Positions 1 through 15,126 of a stretch of DNA of 64,000 nt are shown in pieces. This DNA comes from Conidiobolus incongruus B7586. Taxonomy: Eukaryota. Under the pieces are notes generated by a model. The model was not told the DNA's origin. It saw only the letters and a program-made list of their open reading frames with translations, and searched no databases. The translations under genes and the position numbers were made by a program. The stretch is from positions 1 to 64,000 of the forward strand of contig JNEM01010781.1 of the NCBI GenBank assembly GCA_000697335.1. Reading direction: 5' to 3'. The first letter of the stretch is position 1. Each line of letters begins with the position of its first letter.

Positions 1-744
1 TTTTAATTTTTTCAAGTTTTAATTAAATTATAAGTTAATTATTTTATATTTTTATTAATTAATTTAAGTTTAAACTATAAAAAATATATAAATACTTATG
101 TAATTAATATAAAATTATATTAATAATTTTTAACTTAAGTAAATAAGTATTTTTTTAATATATTTTTCTTTATTAATAGATAAATACAATATTAATAAAA
201 ATTGTTTTTTTAAAGCAACTTGTAAATAATATCCTTTTTGTTTTAAAATAATAAATGGTAATTTTAGATAAAATATTATCTTTATAATTTGTTTGTCAAT
301 TTTAAATAATTTTAAAGAGTTTACAATGATGTTTTAATAAATTAAAATAAAAAACTTTTGATGATTATCATTTAATTTAAATAAAATTAAACTTTAAATT
401 TTTAGTTAAAAATATTTTAATAAATAAATACAAATAAAAATATATTGTTTATAAAATTAATTCTCTTATATGCTTTATATATAATTAATTTTTAAAACTA
501 ACAATAAGTTTGAAAAATCAGAAATTAAAAAATTTACTATTTTTTTCTAAACTAATATTTAGCTAAAAATTCAATATATACATTTAAATTCAGTTTGATG
601 TTTTTCAGATTCATTAATCATCATTGTAAATATTAAATTTATTGAAATATTATTCAAAATTAATTTCAGTTTTTATTCAACTTTGATATGTGTATATGAA
701 ATATAACTTGATAAATACTATTGAATTTTATTTTTAAATGGAAA

Positions 745-3246
745 TTATCTTTTATATTCATGATTTAATAAAGTTTGACCTTCTACTTCAGAATCACTAT
801 ACTCAGATTCCTCCTCTGTTTCTTCATATTCTGAAGATTCTTCTTCTTCGGTTTCGTATTCACTCTCATCTTCATCTTCATCCTCATCCTCATCATCTTC
901 CTCATCATCGCTTTCGTAATCGTCGCGAATATTCGAAGTCCTTAGAGAATTGATATCCATATCCACATCATCGTAAAAAGCGTCTAAATCGTTGATATAA
1001 CGTTTGGGTGGAGATGTTGTGGTTTTGGCAGTGAATGATGTGGTCGAAGTAGGTGATTTAGCACCTCCAAATGCTGGGTTAGTAGTAGCAATGGTCGTCG
1101 TTTTAGAGGTCCATGACGAAGTACCCGCATTACGTTGGGATCCATCCGGCTTTTCGATTGGCCAGTCTGGTAGAGGTTCGTAACCAGTGACGGTGTGGCC
1201 AAGTTGGAGGGATGCTGACCCAATCGTGAAATTTTGTTTGCCTTCTGTGGAGGAGAGATATTTGGGTGCGGATTTTTCTGAGAGGAGAATGGTTTTCAAA
1301 TGGCTGGATAGACTGGTTACATCCAAAGGTTCACCATCTTTGGGTTCGTTCAAATGATGGAATCCTTTGAGAAAACGAGCTCTGTCTCTTAAGTCATAGT
1401 CGACATCGTATCTAGCAAGTTGTATGACGTAGTTGAATAATTTAGAAACCATAGGCTCATTAGGAAGTAAAATAAGTAATTTGGAAGCTAATGTTAGAAT
1501 TTGTAACTTAACAGACACTTCCTCTTCTTTGAATGATTTACAGAATTGTCTCAAAATATCAGGTGCATATTGGGGTACTAAATCAGCATATTGTCCCACT
1601 AGCCAAAGGATACTGGATTTGCCGAGGGGTACAACAACTTGCTCCAAATTATATATAAGAGTGCAAATATGCTGAGTGTTTTCTTCACGCGGTCTAGTTT
1701 GAAGTAATCTTTTGATCACTACAACAGCCTCACCAACTATAGATGGATTCTTTTGTTGAACCAGTGTCATTAAACCCTCTAAACATGTCTCTGCCACTGA
1801 GGGTACTTTGTTAGCTAATCTACCAATCGCTTGAATAGATACAACAGCAAGTGTACTATCAGAGGAACGAACGTACTCGCCCAATTCGCTCAATAAAACT
1901 AGAGCGTTATTCGCATCACAAATACAGGTCAAAATTTCTAATTTGAGGTCGCGAATAATTTTATTATCTCCAGGACGTACAAAAAATTGATTTAGATGAG
2001 GGGAAAAGATTTCCTAATAAAAATTAATGTTAAATGTAAATAATTGATGATAAAATATACTTACAGGTCGATTATTAGCCATAGATAAAATATTAGTCAA
2101 TACTATAAACTGAATTTCTCTGTATGATCTCAGTAATCGAACTAAAGGCTTTCCAATTTCAGTAGCTTGGTGAATGGGAGCTAAATGATATAATAGTGAA
2201 GCAGTCTGAAGGACCACACTTGAATTTTGACTCTTTAACAAAGGTAATACCATACGAAGTAATAGAGAGTGATCGGGATCAAGTCCTTGCATGGATAGCG
2301 AATCCACATCCGAATAAAAATCTTTTTTGGGATTTTGGGTACCTGGTTGATTGGGATTCAAGAAGTGGCACCTTGAATAGCGAGTGAGTAGATTGAGCAT
2401 GGCAATTTGTGACCATTCGTCCACTTCCACTAACATATGGCAGAGCTTGCGATAATGAATATGAATTAAATCGTATCTTGTGGGGCATAATTCATTAAAG
2501 GCTGTAATAGCACCTCCAATACTGATGGCAGATTCATCCTTTAAATATATTTCTATAAGTTCTATTAAGCCTTTCTTTTGATTGGGATCTAGTCTAAAAA
2601 ACTTTAATGAGAAAATAATATAAAATTTTAATAATTACATACTCATAAAGTTTCACCATAGCAAAAGCTGCAGACTTCCTCACATAGGGAGAAAGGTCGG
2701 CAACGCATTTACGAATAGCTAATAAAACAATAGGAGCAATAACTTTGACCCGAATTGATGACATCACCCTTAAAGCCATAGCTCTTATCACGGGATTCGA
2801 ATCACTCAAATCTTTTTGGAAAGTATTAACCGATAGCAAAGCCAAATCGGGCTCTTGTTCAGCATAGCGTATTAAATAAATATAAACCAATTTGCGCACT
2901 TCCAAACTACTCGAAGCGACCAATTTGACAACGGATGCGAAGTGGTCACTCACATCTTTACCCTTACTTATCATCTATAAAGGAATAATTAAATATCAAA
3001 AAAATGCTCAATAAAATTAAATATTACAGCAATTAAAATTTTCAATCCAGTTAATTTTTCCTTATCATATTTACTATCTAATAAATTATTCACTTGTTCT
3101 AACTTTTCTTCACCATTTTCAAATAATTGCAGAGTATTATCAATTCTAAAATCTTTGGCATTTTCAACCAAATTTTCAGACAAGTTTTTACTAAGTTGAG
3201 CTGCACTTTGAGCGAGCTGAGCCGCCCGATTAATATATTCACTCAT
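745..3246 (-). CDS. APL6: AP-3 adaptor complex beta subunit (4 exons: 3246-3028, 2974-2643, 2593-2065, 2013-745)
   Basis: Adaptin-N motifs ([59 protein letters not shown]), acidic C-terminal tract; GT-AG introns join the ORF-track fragments in frame. Confidence 0.93.
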
Positions 3247-3825
3247 TTGATTTCTAGTTGATTATGTTAATTAAATAGTATTTATATTTTAATGATAATG
3301 GAGGGTGATGGAATGTTTAATTGACTATTTTGTTTACCTGAACATTATTCAATATGTTACATTGTAACGATTTATGGGAATTTTTATTATTTTGCATCAG
3401 CAATATTTTGAATTAGTAATTTGACATCTGGAATTTTTCATTTCAAAAATTATTTCAAGCTATATTAAATTATCGATAATTATTACAGTCAATTTGAAAT
3501 CTAAGTATCCAAAACAAAATAATTTGAATTTTAAATATATGGTATTTTAATAGAATAGCCTTTATTGATTATATTTATTATTATTTCAAATCACAAGTTT
3601 GACAATTGAATAAATAACTAAGTTTCATTGGAATATTTTGTTACAATTTTCACTTAAACTTTCAACCCATATTTTTTCCAAAACAAATCGAAATTAAACA
3701 AAAATAAAATTCAATCATTCTAACTGTGATTCATTTATTAACTGAAAAATTTATTATATTTCACAATTAAATTAATAGACAATACAAAGTATAAATAATT
3801 TAATATTATTTTAAAATAAATAATA

Positions 3826-5290
3826 ATGTTAGAAAATCAGAATTCAAAACAAGGTACTCAAAAATATAAAAAGTAACATTAAATTATATGATTAACTCAA
3901 ATAATTAGAAACCAATTTATCTCTCGAAAATTTTCTTCAAAGTGCTTTAATTCCCGTTGAAATTGAAAAAGATTTAAAGATTGCGGTAGTGAGCTCGAAT
4001 TGGACGCCTTGTGCTTCTTTGTGTGAAGAATTGGGCGGTTATAAAGTATTGGAAAGTAAGCTGAAAGAGCGACAAATATATGTGTTTCAAGAACAGTTAA
4101 TTGAATTGGAGGATGAGGAAGAACAAGGAAATAGCGAAGAAAGTGATAATAATTTAACTGACCAAACGGAAGGGTTAGAAATCAAACAAAATATTCCCTC
4201 TGAAGAACCTTTAAAACCTGTGCTAATAGCTGCTTTTACAACTTATGAATATTACAATGAGTTGGAAAGTCCTAATCACAACAATGTGTTTATTTGTATC
4301 GATAAGGTGGATACAACAGGAGCTGTTCAAGATACGAAATCTTCGGTAATACGTCAATTGATTCGTGCTTATTTAGATTATATACATTATACATTTTCAA
4401 AGGATCAAATATTGTGTTACGTGTTTGCTAGAGCTCAACCCCAATATTTGTTTGTGAATTCGTCGGATTACCCAAATAAACATCCTTTGTCAGATTCACA
4501 GTTATGTAAATGGTGGAAGAAGACTTTATCTCAATCAGTGTCTAAAATTCGTGGTGTTTCGAAAGAAAATGACATTAACAATTGGAAAGGCCTGTGGACA
4601 ATTCCTGGATTTCAACCAATTGAGTGCAGAAGTATAGAAGGAAAATTAGTAGAAAGTCAAGTGGAATGGGAGTGGGGTATTCCTTATCCATTGAATGCTT
4701 CATCCGAAAAAGTGATCCCAATCCTTCCTGATGATTGTAAATCTCGAATGATTTATGATCACGAATCTTTAAATGTTAAAACACTCTTCGAAATGATTGC
4801 GATTGGAGAAGAGTGTGGATCTGGAAAAAGAGCTGGTTTATTCTTTTTGAAAAAGGATCCTAAATCTTTAGTCAAAGGTGAAACTCCTGCTGAAGATGGT
4901 AATTGTACGAGTGAAGACTTCACTCAACTGTTAGAACTCTTATTAGAAAAGTTACAATTTGATGATTTGTACAGTATTGTTGATAGCTCTGCCCAAATAT
5001 TTAAATGGTTGAATGATCATCAAATTACAGTGAGTGGCTCTGAAAATCATCCTGATATTGAAAGCTTTATTCCTAATCCAGCAGAAGTTCCAACTGTTGT
5101 TAATACAAATTTGAGCATTAACAGAAAGGGAGATAATCAAGTAAATGAGTTGCCTTCCTCTATGATTAAAAGAAAAACAGAAACTACTGTTAACGAGTTA
5201 CCATCTAATTTGATTAAGAGAAAATCGGACGCAACTGTGAATGAATTACCCTCCAATTTAATCAAAAGAAAACCTAAATCTGAATTATAA
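3826..5290 (+). CDS. RTT109: Histone H3K56 acetyltransferase Rtt109 (exon 3826-3853, intron, exon 3909-5290)
   Basis: Motifs DKVDTTG, VFARAQPQYLF, KHPLSDSQLCKWW, PDDCKSR, EECGSG; upstream ATG exon splices in frame with the 3989-5290 ORF. Confidence 0.88.
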
Positions 5291-6293
5291 TACATTGTAC
5301 AATATACAAATAAATCTAGCTTTATTATACATTTATAAAATATTCTAATTTACAATTCTTCATTTGTTATACTATTATAATTTGAACTTTTTACATTTAA
5401 TATTTATTAAATACACTCAAATAACATCACTTAATATTGCTCACCAATATACAACTTGTTAAATATTTGTACTCTTAAGAATAATTAAATTGACTCTGTT
5501 TCATTAAAAGATAAAATAAATAATAGTATTTTAAATATGAGAAAAAAAATTAAAGATTATATTGATAAATATAACTTTATAAGTCATCATTTAGATATGA
5601 GATTCAATAAATGTATAAAATATATTATTATAATCTTTACATTCATTTAATAATTCATGCCATAACAAAGTTTGATTCATCATAGGCAACATATTTATTA
5701 ATAAGTCTATATTATAATTTACAATAACTCACTGAGCCTATAATTTCAGAGATATAAAGAGTGAAAAGAAAGACCAGATCTTAATAAGAGATTAAGCCAG
5801 CTTAACCATTTAGCATAGTTTGAATAGCAAGATGCTAATATAATAATATTGTCCATTAAGATATATGAGGAGTCCCGAAATTAAAAAACAATTACAAGAA
5901 ACAAATATATCGAAAATATATAATACATATCGATGCATAATCAAAAAGTAATCTCCTCACAGCAATTGTAGTGAATGAAGTTTTTAATAAAATTATTCGA
6001 TTGAAATTAAAAATTGAAAAGTTATTATAAGGTATGGTTTCGTTTTTTGGCTTCATAGATAGGATTAAAATTAACGTAAAGTTAATGGTGTTCATTATAT
6101 ATCCTTTGATCAGAGTGCAATAGAGTATTAAGTGGGTAGGTAGGGTGTGAAGAGGTGTAAGTTGGTTGGAATAGAAGGTACTTGAAATAAAATAAAACTA
6201 TGATGTTTCTAAGAAAATCTGAAGTGGTGCTTGTCAAGATTAAGTCCAGTGCTTAGAATTGACAGCCTCCTCATCAAGCCCAGTCAGGTTTAT

Positions 6294-7470
6294 TTACAAG
6301 AAGTAATCCGGGGTTCTACGAGTGACTTGAGGTTCGCCCTTACGAGGAGCAGGATCATATTGAAGGCTATTAGAAAAATGGTTATTATTAAGATTGAAGT
6401 GGGTTAGTAAAGATATATAACTTACAAAGTATGTTTTAGATTTTCATCGAGTTCCATAATAGCAGCTTGATTACCGCAGCGGTAGCAATAGTTGGGAGCA
6501 CTGAAAATAGTGACAACATTTCCTTCTAGTGACCAATTGAAACCCTAGATGACGTAATATTAGTATTATTCAATCCAAAAAAGTTTTAAGGAATGAAAAG
6601 GGGATAGAATCCTACCTCCATAACCAATTGATGAGCTCTGGCAATAAGAGAGAGACCGTTGGAATGATTGAAAGATTCAGCGATATCTTGACCAAAGGTG
6701 TAACCAGCACCACGAGGAGAAATACCCCATCCAGTACGGTCATCAGGATCAGACCAGAGCAAGTCACACATAGGTCCTTCATGGGGAACTTCTTGAATAC
6801 GGTCTATTGAGCGGATTTGATCCAAAGTATCAATTGAAGGGGATAAACCACCATGGAGACAGAAAATCTACATTGGAGAGAAAAGATTAGAATTTTTGAG
6901 AGTAAAATAGAATAATAATGAGGTTACTTGGTCTTCAATCAAAGCAGTTAAAGGAAGATAGTCGAATAAATCAGTAAAAGTTTTCCAAACGTTAGCGTTG
7001 CCGTATTTACGTAAGCATTCATCGTAAAAACCGTAGACTTGAGTAATTTGACGAGATTCGTGATTACCACGCAAAATAGTAATTCTATCTTTATAACGGC
7101 ACTTATAGGCAACCAATAAAGTAACAGTTTCAACAGAAAAATATCCTCTATCAACGTAATCTCCCATAAACAAGTAATTAGTATCAGGTGCATTACCACC
7201 AATTTTAAAAAGTTCTACAAGATCGTGAAATTGACCATGAATATCTCCACAAACCGTTACAGGACAACGAACGGGCTGAACATTAGATTCTGATATAAGA
7301 ATTTCTCTAGCCTATTGAAAAAGTTTGAATAAAAGAGCAGATGAAGGTTAAATTAAAAATTATACCATATCACATAATTTTTTGATATCAGCTTCGCTCA
7401 ATTGTTTACACTCTGACAACTCTTTAATCCAGTTATCCAGATTAGCATAATTATTAGCAATATCCACCAT
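6294..7470 (-). CDS. Protein phosphatase 2A catalytic subunit (multi-exon)
   Basis: [30 protein letters not shown] motifs and the diagnostic C-terminus [12 protein letters not shown]. Confidence 0.95.
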
Positions 7471-8955
7471 TTTGATTAAAATATATGAAGTATAGATGAA
7501 AGTGTGATTTTAATAGAGAGGGAAAGTTTAAAAAAATGAATAATAATAATAATAATAATCAAAAGAGAAAACGATTTAGTTTAAAATTTCCAATCAAGGT
7601 GCTTTTAAATGACTTTACATTGACTCATGCTAGGAGATTTCTAATTCAATCATTACCAATAAATTCTAGTTCTATTCCAATTGCACTCAACTTCAATTAG
7701 TTTATACACAGAATCTCTATGATTAATATGGCATACACTATCTAATAATTGATAGGATATGCAATTAATGTCTTTGACTAGGAATTCGTTTAGAAAATCT
7801 GAAATCCAATGAGGAGAATTAAAAGGGGTCAATACTGGATAGTTGACCAATCATATCTTCCCCTACTCAATATAATCAATTACCTTTAAGTATTATTCAA
7901 AATTAGATAATTAGATAGATTAATTTTATATCAAATATGATTATTGAATTAGTTCATTATGGCTTTTATCATGCTATATTAATAATTATATTTTGATATC
8001 TTCCTTTATTCTAAATATATAATAGTTTTATTAATACTAACTTTAAACTTTGAGAATTTTTGAATTAAAATAACTTGTAATAGATATGATTTCACAATTT
8101 TGACAAAATATATTTTGAAAATTATGAAATAATAGATATATCACAGATAATTTTATAATTAGATAAATGTGAATACAAAGATACAGAATTGGATTAAATT
8201 AATTGAATTTAATCTCAATTCAATTTAAATGAATTCAAATATTTTTTTAATTAACTTAATCTGAATTACTTTTGGTAAATAAATAAGTTGCTGCATATTA
8301 GTGCTGTATTCATATTTTTTACCGATAGTCTTTTCTATTTTGAACTGTCAAACAAAAAAGAAAAAATTTCTCACATTTTGTAAAATGTTGGATGATCAAC
8401 AAGACTTTATTAAAAATGATTAATAAATTTAGCATTCATCATTTTCATTTAATATTCATTGTAACAGTACAAATACTAGAGATTCTATGGGATTTATTCA
8501 TGAATTGTACTGTGGTTTGATTTAAAGATACTAAATGCAGGAAATTTTATATTTTTCAGGATATTTGCCCATTATTCTATTGTTGTCAGATATTGAAAGA
8601 ATTTAAACATTAAGGATTTATATAAATTATGAATATGTTCAATGAAGATATAAGATAAGATATATTCTATTAATATTACAAAATATTCAATGCATAAATA
8701 GTTTTTATTATGATGAAAATTTGAATCAATTACAAAAATTGACGAAATATTAATATACTTGAAAATTGATAAAGATCGAAAAGAAGTTTGCATTAAATTT
8801 AAATTATGGGTTAATATGTGATTGTACAATTATGCAATTTGAATTATAAATAACGTAATCAAAAAATGCTGAAAAATTAAATCCCATATCAGTCAATTTT
8901 AAAAATACTATATAAACAAGTCACTTTGATTAATAATATGGTTATATCTATTAAA

Positions 8956-9467
8956 ATGAGTGAAATAACAACTACTATTAAAAGCCCAAGAATCGAAATT
9001 CATTTTTGTACAGGTTGCAAATGGCATCTGAGAGCTGGTAAGTTGAATTGATCCCTTTTAAGATATTTAGTAAATAATAATTTTTAAGGCTGGATGAGTC
9101 AAGAGTTATTCAATACATTTGGCCCTGATATCGGCGAGTTGGCCTTGATCCCTGGTCCCAGTGGCACTTTCAAAATAGTCGTCAATGGAGGTAAAATCAT
9201 TTATATATTTGCTTTATACCGTTTCATTAAAATGTAATGTGGTTATAGAACTTGTATTTGATCGTAAAGTCGAAAGTCGATTCCCAGAAATGAAAGAAGT
9301 GGTAAGTTTAAGAAACATTAACTATCCCACGTTTAGCTAAATAACTGGTTTGTTAGAAACAACTCGTAAGGAACAAAATTGCACCTGATCTGAAATTAGG
9401 CCACAGTGATACACCAGTTTTATCAGCTGCTAATAGTCAGGCATGCGTTGAATGTAACAAAGGTTAA
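8956..9467 (+). CDS. Rdx-family (SelW/SelT/SelH-like) thioredoxin-fold protein, Cys form, 4 exons; not in ORF track
   Basis: Spliced translation: MSEITTTIKSPRIEIHFCTGCKWHLRAGWMSQELFNTFGPDIGELALIPGPSGTFKIVVNGELVFDRKVESRFPEMKEVKQLVRNKIAPDLKLGHSD...CVECNKG. It has CxxC, WxxQEL and GTF..DRK..FP..K motifs. Confidence 0.88.
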
Positions 9468-11170
9468 TTATCTGGTATGATATTGGTATTTATTTGAAAT
9501 CGATTATTTAGTATTCAATTACTCAATATTATATATCTTCAATTATATTCAAAATTGAGTTGACAAATTTATTATTGATGTATAAAATATATATTCAAAT
9601 ATAAAAATGCTTTAGAGTTTATAAATATATATAAACTATATATTTTAGATATCAGATTATAATTTTAATATTTTAAATCATTTGATTCATTCATTTCGAT
9701 ATAAATTATCTTTTAGATTTAGTCAGTATGAGTGCTTTACTTATACATATTTTAAATAATTAATACACAAGTGAAAATATGGAACCGCAGAAAGATTAGC
9801 GTATAATTTCTATATGAATTAAAATAACGTATCTTTCCAGAATTTTCTAAAAGATTATATGGTGGGGTGTATACTATTGCGAATAATGTAAATATTAGCA
9901 TATAGTAAAGTTTAAAACAGCACTATATAATGCACTAAAAATCGTGAAATTTTTGGTACTATCATCAAACTTAAAATTGGTATGAACTATTTTTAATAAA
10001 AATCAATATTAAAATAGTTCTACCTCAAAACTGATTATCAATTAAATCGAGGTTCTACTTGTTTTACTCTCAGATCATAAATAAATATTCGACTAAAATA
10101 ATTAAATAAAGTGATATATTATAAAAAATTGAAATACAGAAACTCTTCAAATTTTTTACAATCATATATTCCATCCATTCACTATCAATTATACGAATAT
10201 TTACATCGGTTACAGTATAAAGTAGTTTTAAAAGACATCATGAGATTCAAAATGTAAATTCAAATATCAAGTTACATCTTGGATTTTTCAAATTGAATAA
10301 TTACAATAACACGATTATTATACAGTTTATCTTTTGAAACCAAATCTATTTTATATAATAATGATATTAAAATATTTAAAATCAAATATCCAATGTATAT
10401 TATAAACATTGGATATGATAGAAAAATATTAGAGGAGTGTTACAAATTATTTTTTGTTTCGAATATAATGGTGAAAAAAGTAGATATTTCTAACAGAACA
10501 TTATTGAAATTTGATTGTCAATGTATCTTATCGTATTATAGATCAATGTTCAATTTTGAAAATTTATATAATAAATTAATTTTTGATATTGAGAATATTT
10601 TACATTAAAATTTTCCATTTTTTAATTAGCTTGGAAAATAATCAATTGATCAGTTGAGTTCAAATGTAAAAAATAATTCAAATAATCATTGGTGTTAACT
10701 TTATTCACTAATAATATCTTATTTTAACTATTATATTATTATCTTTAATGTATATATATTAATTAATCATTTTTTAACTCTTGAGATTATTAAAATCTCT
10801 CTAAAATTTTTCCATAATTACCATAATTGGAAATTCTCAAACAAACTCTCAGAAACTTCCCAATTACCAAATTAGAGTATTCATTAATTAACAATTCTAA
10901 ACTTGACATATCAAGTCAATATTATCCCATAAAAGTCTAATATTATCCTATGATCGCCTCATTTAATATAAAACAGATCATTTAATTAATTTTTATTAAA
11001 TTATATAAAAAGATTCAATTGATTTTATAGAATACAATCATTATTAAATTTTATTTTGTATACTATCAAAAACTGTAAACAACAAATCTTTTATTGAAGT
11101 TGTTATATCTCGAAAAATTTTTATTTGTTTTTATTATAATATAAGTGGATTAGTATAAATATAATTCATT

Positions 11171-14100
11171 ATGGGTATTCCTAAATTCTTCAGATGGCTT
11201 AGGTAATTAGGATATAGTTTAAATAAGAGAAGCTATTGTTGATAATTTTTCCTATAGTGAAAGATATCCTTTATGTAGTCAGCAAATAGATTCTAAAGGA
11301 ATCCCTGAATTTGGTAAATTTAGCACAAATTAGTCCAAGTCATCAGATGTGTAACAATATCAATTATAGACAATTTATACCTTGATATGAATGGTATTAT
11401 CCACAACGCCACACATGCCAACGCTGGCACAGATAACTTGCCCTCTGAAAATCAGATGTTTTTGGATATATTTGCATATATCGAAAGAGTATTCAATATT
11501 ATATCACCCAAACAACTGTTCTTCATGGCTGTAGATGGTACCATTCAACACTCAAACTCTAAATAACCTAAATTTTGAACTCATTAACTCTAGGTGTTGC
11601 ACCACGCTCTAAAATGAACCAACAGCGAGCTCGAAGATTCAAGACTGCTGAAGCAAATTCCAAGCTGAGAGAAAAACAAATTCAAGCTGGTGAATCCATC
11701 GACAAACAGAACTTCGACAGTAATTGTATTACGCCTGGGACTGTGTTTATGACGAGATTGTCCCTCCAGTTGAAGTACTTTATTCATAAAAAGATTTCTG
11801 AGGATGTGAAGTGGCGAAATGTTAAAGTGATTCTTTCCGGCCACGAAACTCCCGGTGAGGGTGAACATAAGATTATGGAATATATTCGTTTATCTCGCTC
11901 TCAGCCTGATTATGATCCCAACACCCGTCACTGTATTTATGGGTTGGATGCTGATTTAATTATGCTTGGTTTAGTCACTCACGAGCCTCATACCTCATTA
12001 CTCAGAGAAGTTCAAACGTTTGGTAAAAAACGTAAAACCGAAGTGAATCAAGTGAAATTTCATTTATTGCACTTGAGTCTATTGCGAGAGTACTTTGATT
12101 TAGAGTTCAGTGTCAACAAAGACAAGATGAAGATTAAATACGATCTAGAGAGGTTGATTGATGATATTATTTTGATTTGTATGTTTATTGGGAATGATTT
12201 CATTCCTCATCTTCCAGAGTTTCATATTCATGATGGTGCTCTCGATTACGTTTTAACCGCTTACAAACTATGGCTTATTACAGCTGACGATTATCTTCAC
12301 AAGAATGGAACCATGAATCTCAAGTCAATGGAAGCATTCTTGAGAACGATCGATGCTTATGAATCACATAGAGTTGAAGCTATGCCCGATAATGATACGA
12401 TAAAGGCGGAACTCAAGAAGAAAAAAAAGAATTTAATGTCCAATCAATTCGAAATGACTATTGCACAAAATGCAATGTACCAAAAAGCCAAGTCATTACT
12501 CACTGATCCTACCCTCAAAAGTGTTGTTCTCTCCAATCAAGATTTGCCAGAGGATGATTTGGAATTTATGGAAACTATGGTCCAATCTCTTAGTTTGAAT
12601 GCTCCCTCGAGAACTGAAAATTCCGATGGATCAGTTCAATACAATTTGGAATTAACATCGGACCAAGAAGACTTTTTAAAAGAGAGATTGGAGGGGGATA
12701 CAGATGCTAGTGATTCTGAAGCTGAAATGGCTATCAAACGAGTCTTGAAAAAGTATGACCAAGCCAAGATCATACAACCCAAATCTAAGGATGAGCTCAA
12801 TCAAGCTGAAGTATCTAAGCATCACAACTTCAAGAGGGATTACTATTACGAAAAGATGAGAATTGATATTTCTAAACCTGAAGAGTTAAGACCTTTAGTC
12901 AGTTCTTACATTCGAGGCATTCAATGGGTTTTATACTACTATTATCGTGGTATTCAATCCTGGGGATGGTATTATCCCTATCACTATGCTCCCATGTTAA
13001 CTGATCTTGTTGATATTTCTGATTTTAGCATGGAATTCGAATTGGGTTCCCCATTCCTTCCATTTCAGCAGTTGATGGGAGTCCTTCCCAAGCTTAGTGG
13101 AGATCTTGTCCCTCCCGCTTTCCGTGTCTTGATGGAAAATCCCATGTCCTCCATTGCCGATTTTTACTCCACTAATTTCGAAACTGATCCCAATGGTAAA
13201 ATCAATGAATGGGAATTTGTCATTTTAATTCCTTTCATCGATCAAAGTAGACTTGTCAAAGCATTGAAGGAACAAGAGCATTTATTAACTGATGAAGAGA
13301 AAGAAAGAAATAAATTCAGAGAACCTACAATCTATGAATATGATCCGTTCAACAGAACTACGTTCCCTTCCACCCTTCCAGGTTTCCTTCCTCCGATCAC
13401 CAATTGTACTTGTACAAGTAGAATTTATAAATTACCAGAACTCCCTGCAGGACAAGATTTCAAATTTGGACTATTGCCAGGAGTTAAACTTGGAGAAGAT
13501 TCTCTCGCCGGCTTCCCATCTCTCCATACTCTGAAATTCACTTCAGTTTTAGCCAGACACTCCATTTTGGTGTTCCAGCAGGAGAGTAAGAGAGAATCTA
13601 TTGTGATTACTTTGCAAGATTCCGATTTAGCCAAATTGAATGCTTCCCAATTGGCTAAGAAATACTTGGGTAAATCAGTTTATATTGATTGGCCCAATTT
13701 GAAGGAAGCCAAGGTTGTGAAAATAGTCGATAAATTTGCTATTTATACTCTTGGTAATGGACAAGTCATTGAAGAGCCTCACTCTCCTAAATCACTTCCT
13801 CACTTTGAAAATGCCGCAGAGAGAAAAGAAAATTATTATGACAAGCATTTAGGTGTGATTACTGGTCCAATTGATATTTTAGTATATGTCCAACCCGTTG
13901 TAGGGATGCAATTAAATCCCAATGGTAGTCTTACCAAGCGATTTGGCGCTGATGAAGAGGCTCACCCTGTTCAAGTTATTCTTCCATCTGTCAAATTTGT
14001 GGATCCAAGATATATTGAATTACCTCCTTGTCCAATGTCTAAAGATTTTCCAGTTAAGACTAGAGCTTTTATGTTGGGTGAGCCTTACTACGGAGCTGCC

Positions 14101-15126
14101 GCTCAAGTTATCGCTTCTGGCGACTCTTCTGCAGATTTGAAGCTATTAGTTATCAATGAACCCACATTTGACTCTGCAAAACTCCTTAAATTATCCGATC
14201 AGTATGTTGAATCCTTTAATGTAGCCAAACAATTAAACTTATCTCCCCTTGTACTCAGCAAGATCACATCATCTCTCCATGTTATTTTACCCGATGGTAA
14301 AATTGATATTGGATTGGATCTCAAATTCGAAGCTAAGAAGCAAAAGGTCATTGGCTATACCTTAAAGACGGATAAGGGATGGTGCTACTCCCAAAATGCA
14401 ATCAATTTAATTAAGGAATACATCGTCAAATTCCCGGAAATTGTTCAAACTTTGAACAATCGTACCACTTCTGATATGTTACTTCCCACCGATATTTATC
14501 CTGAAGCTACTGCAATGGCCAAGATTGAAGAAGTTAGAGAGTGGCTCAAACTTGCCAACTGCCACAACTTCACTAAAGCTAGCATTGAAACTGATGTGAT
14601 GCCTGAATCTGTAGTCAGCCAAATTGCTTCGTTTTGGGATAATCAACTCTCTGGCCCTAGTCAACCATACACTGTTGTTCAAGTGTCTAAGGTGCCTCGT
14701 CAAGCTCTCCTCAAACCATCCCTCGCTGAGCATATTATCAAGAGCCAACGATTTGCGTTGGGAGATCGTGTAATTTACATCAAGGATAATGGTGCAGTTC
14801 CCATTGGTTCCAGAGGTACAGTCGTGGGCAAGAACCCCACTGAAGTGGACGTCCTCTTTGACAAGGGATTCATTGGCGGTACCGACCTAGGCGGTCTCTG
14901 CCCTGCATTCCGAGGTCATACACTCCCATTCAACTCACTCCTGAATTTGACAGCACCTCAATTCAATTTCAAATGTCAAAACACCCCACAAGGTCCCATC
15001 TACACACCTGTCAATAGCAACGGCAATGGTCCTCTACCCAGAGTGTCACAATCCTATTCTCCATCTTCTCCTCGTAGTCCTCGAAATGTTTGGACTAGTA
15101 ATGGATCGAAACCACGATATAATTAA
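11171..15126 (+). CDS. XRN1: 5'-3' exoribonuclease Xrn1 (short 5' exons from MGIPKFFRWLSERYP, then long exon)
   Basis: DNLYLDMNGIIH, DGVAPRSKMNQQRARRF, FDSNCITPGT, PGEGEHKIM, HCIYGLDADLIMLGL, SWGWYYPYHYAP; long Xrn1-type C-terminal region. Confidence 0.95.

Noticed and set aside
738..953. His/Leu-rich 71-aa ORF and other short antisense ORFs overlapping long genes
   Set aside because: Shadow frames of real genes (here the acidic tract of AP-3 beta).
9000..9560. Possible selenoprotein (UGA recoding/SECIS) for the SelW-like gene
   Set aside because: Both active-site codons are Cys, there is no in-frame TGA, and no convincing SECIS follows.
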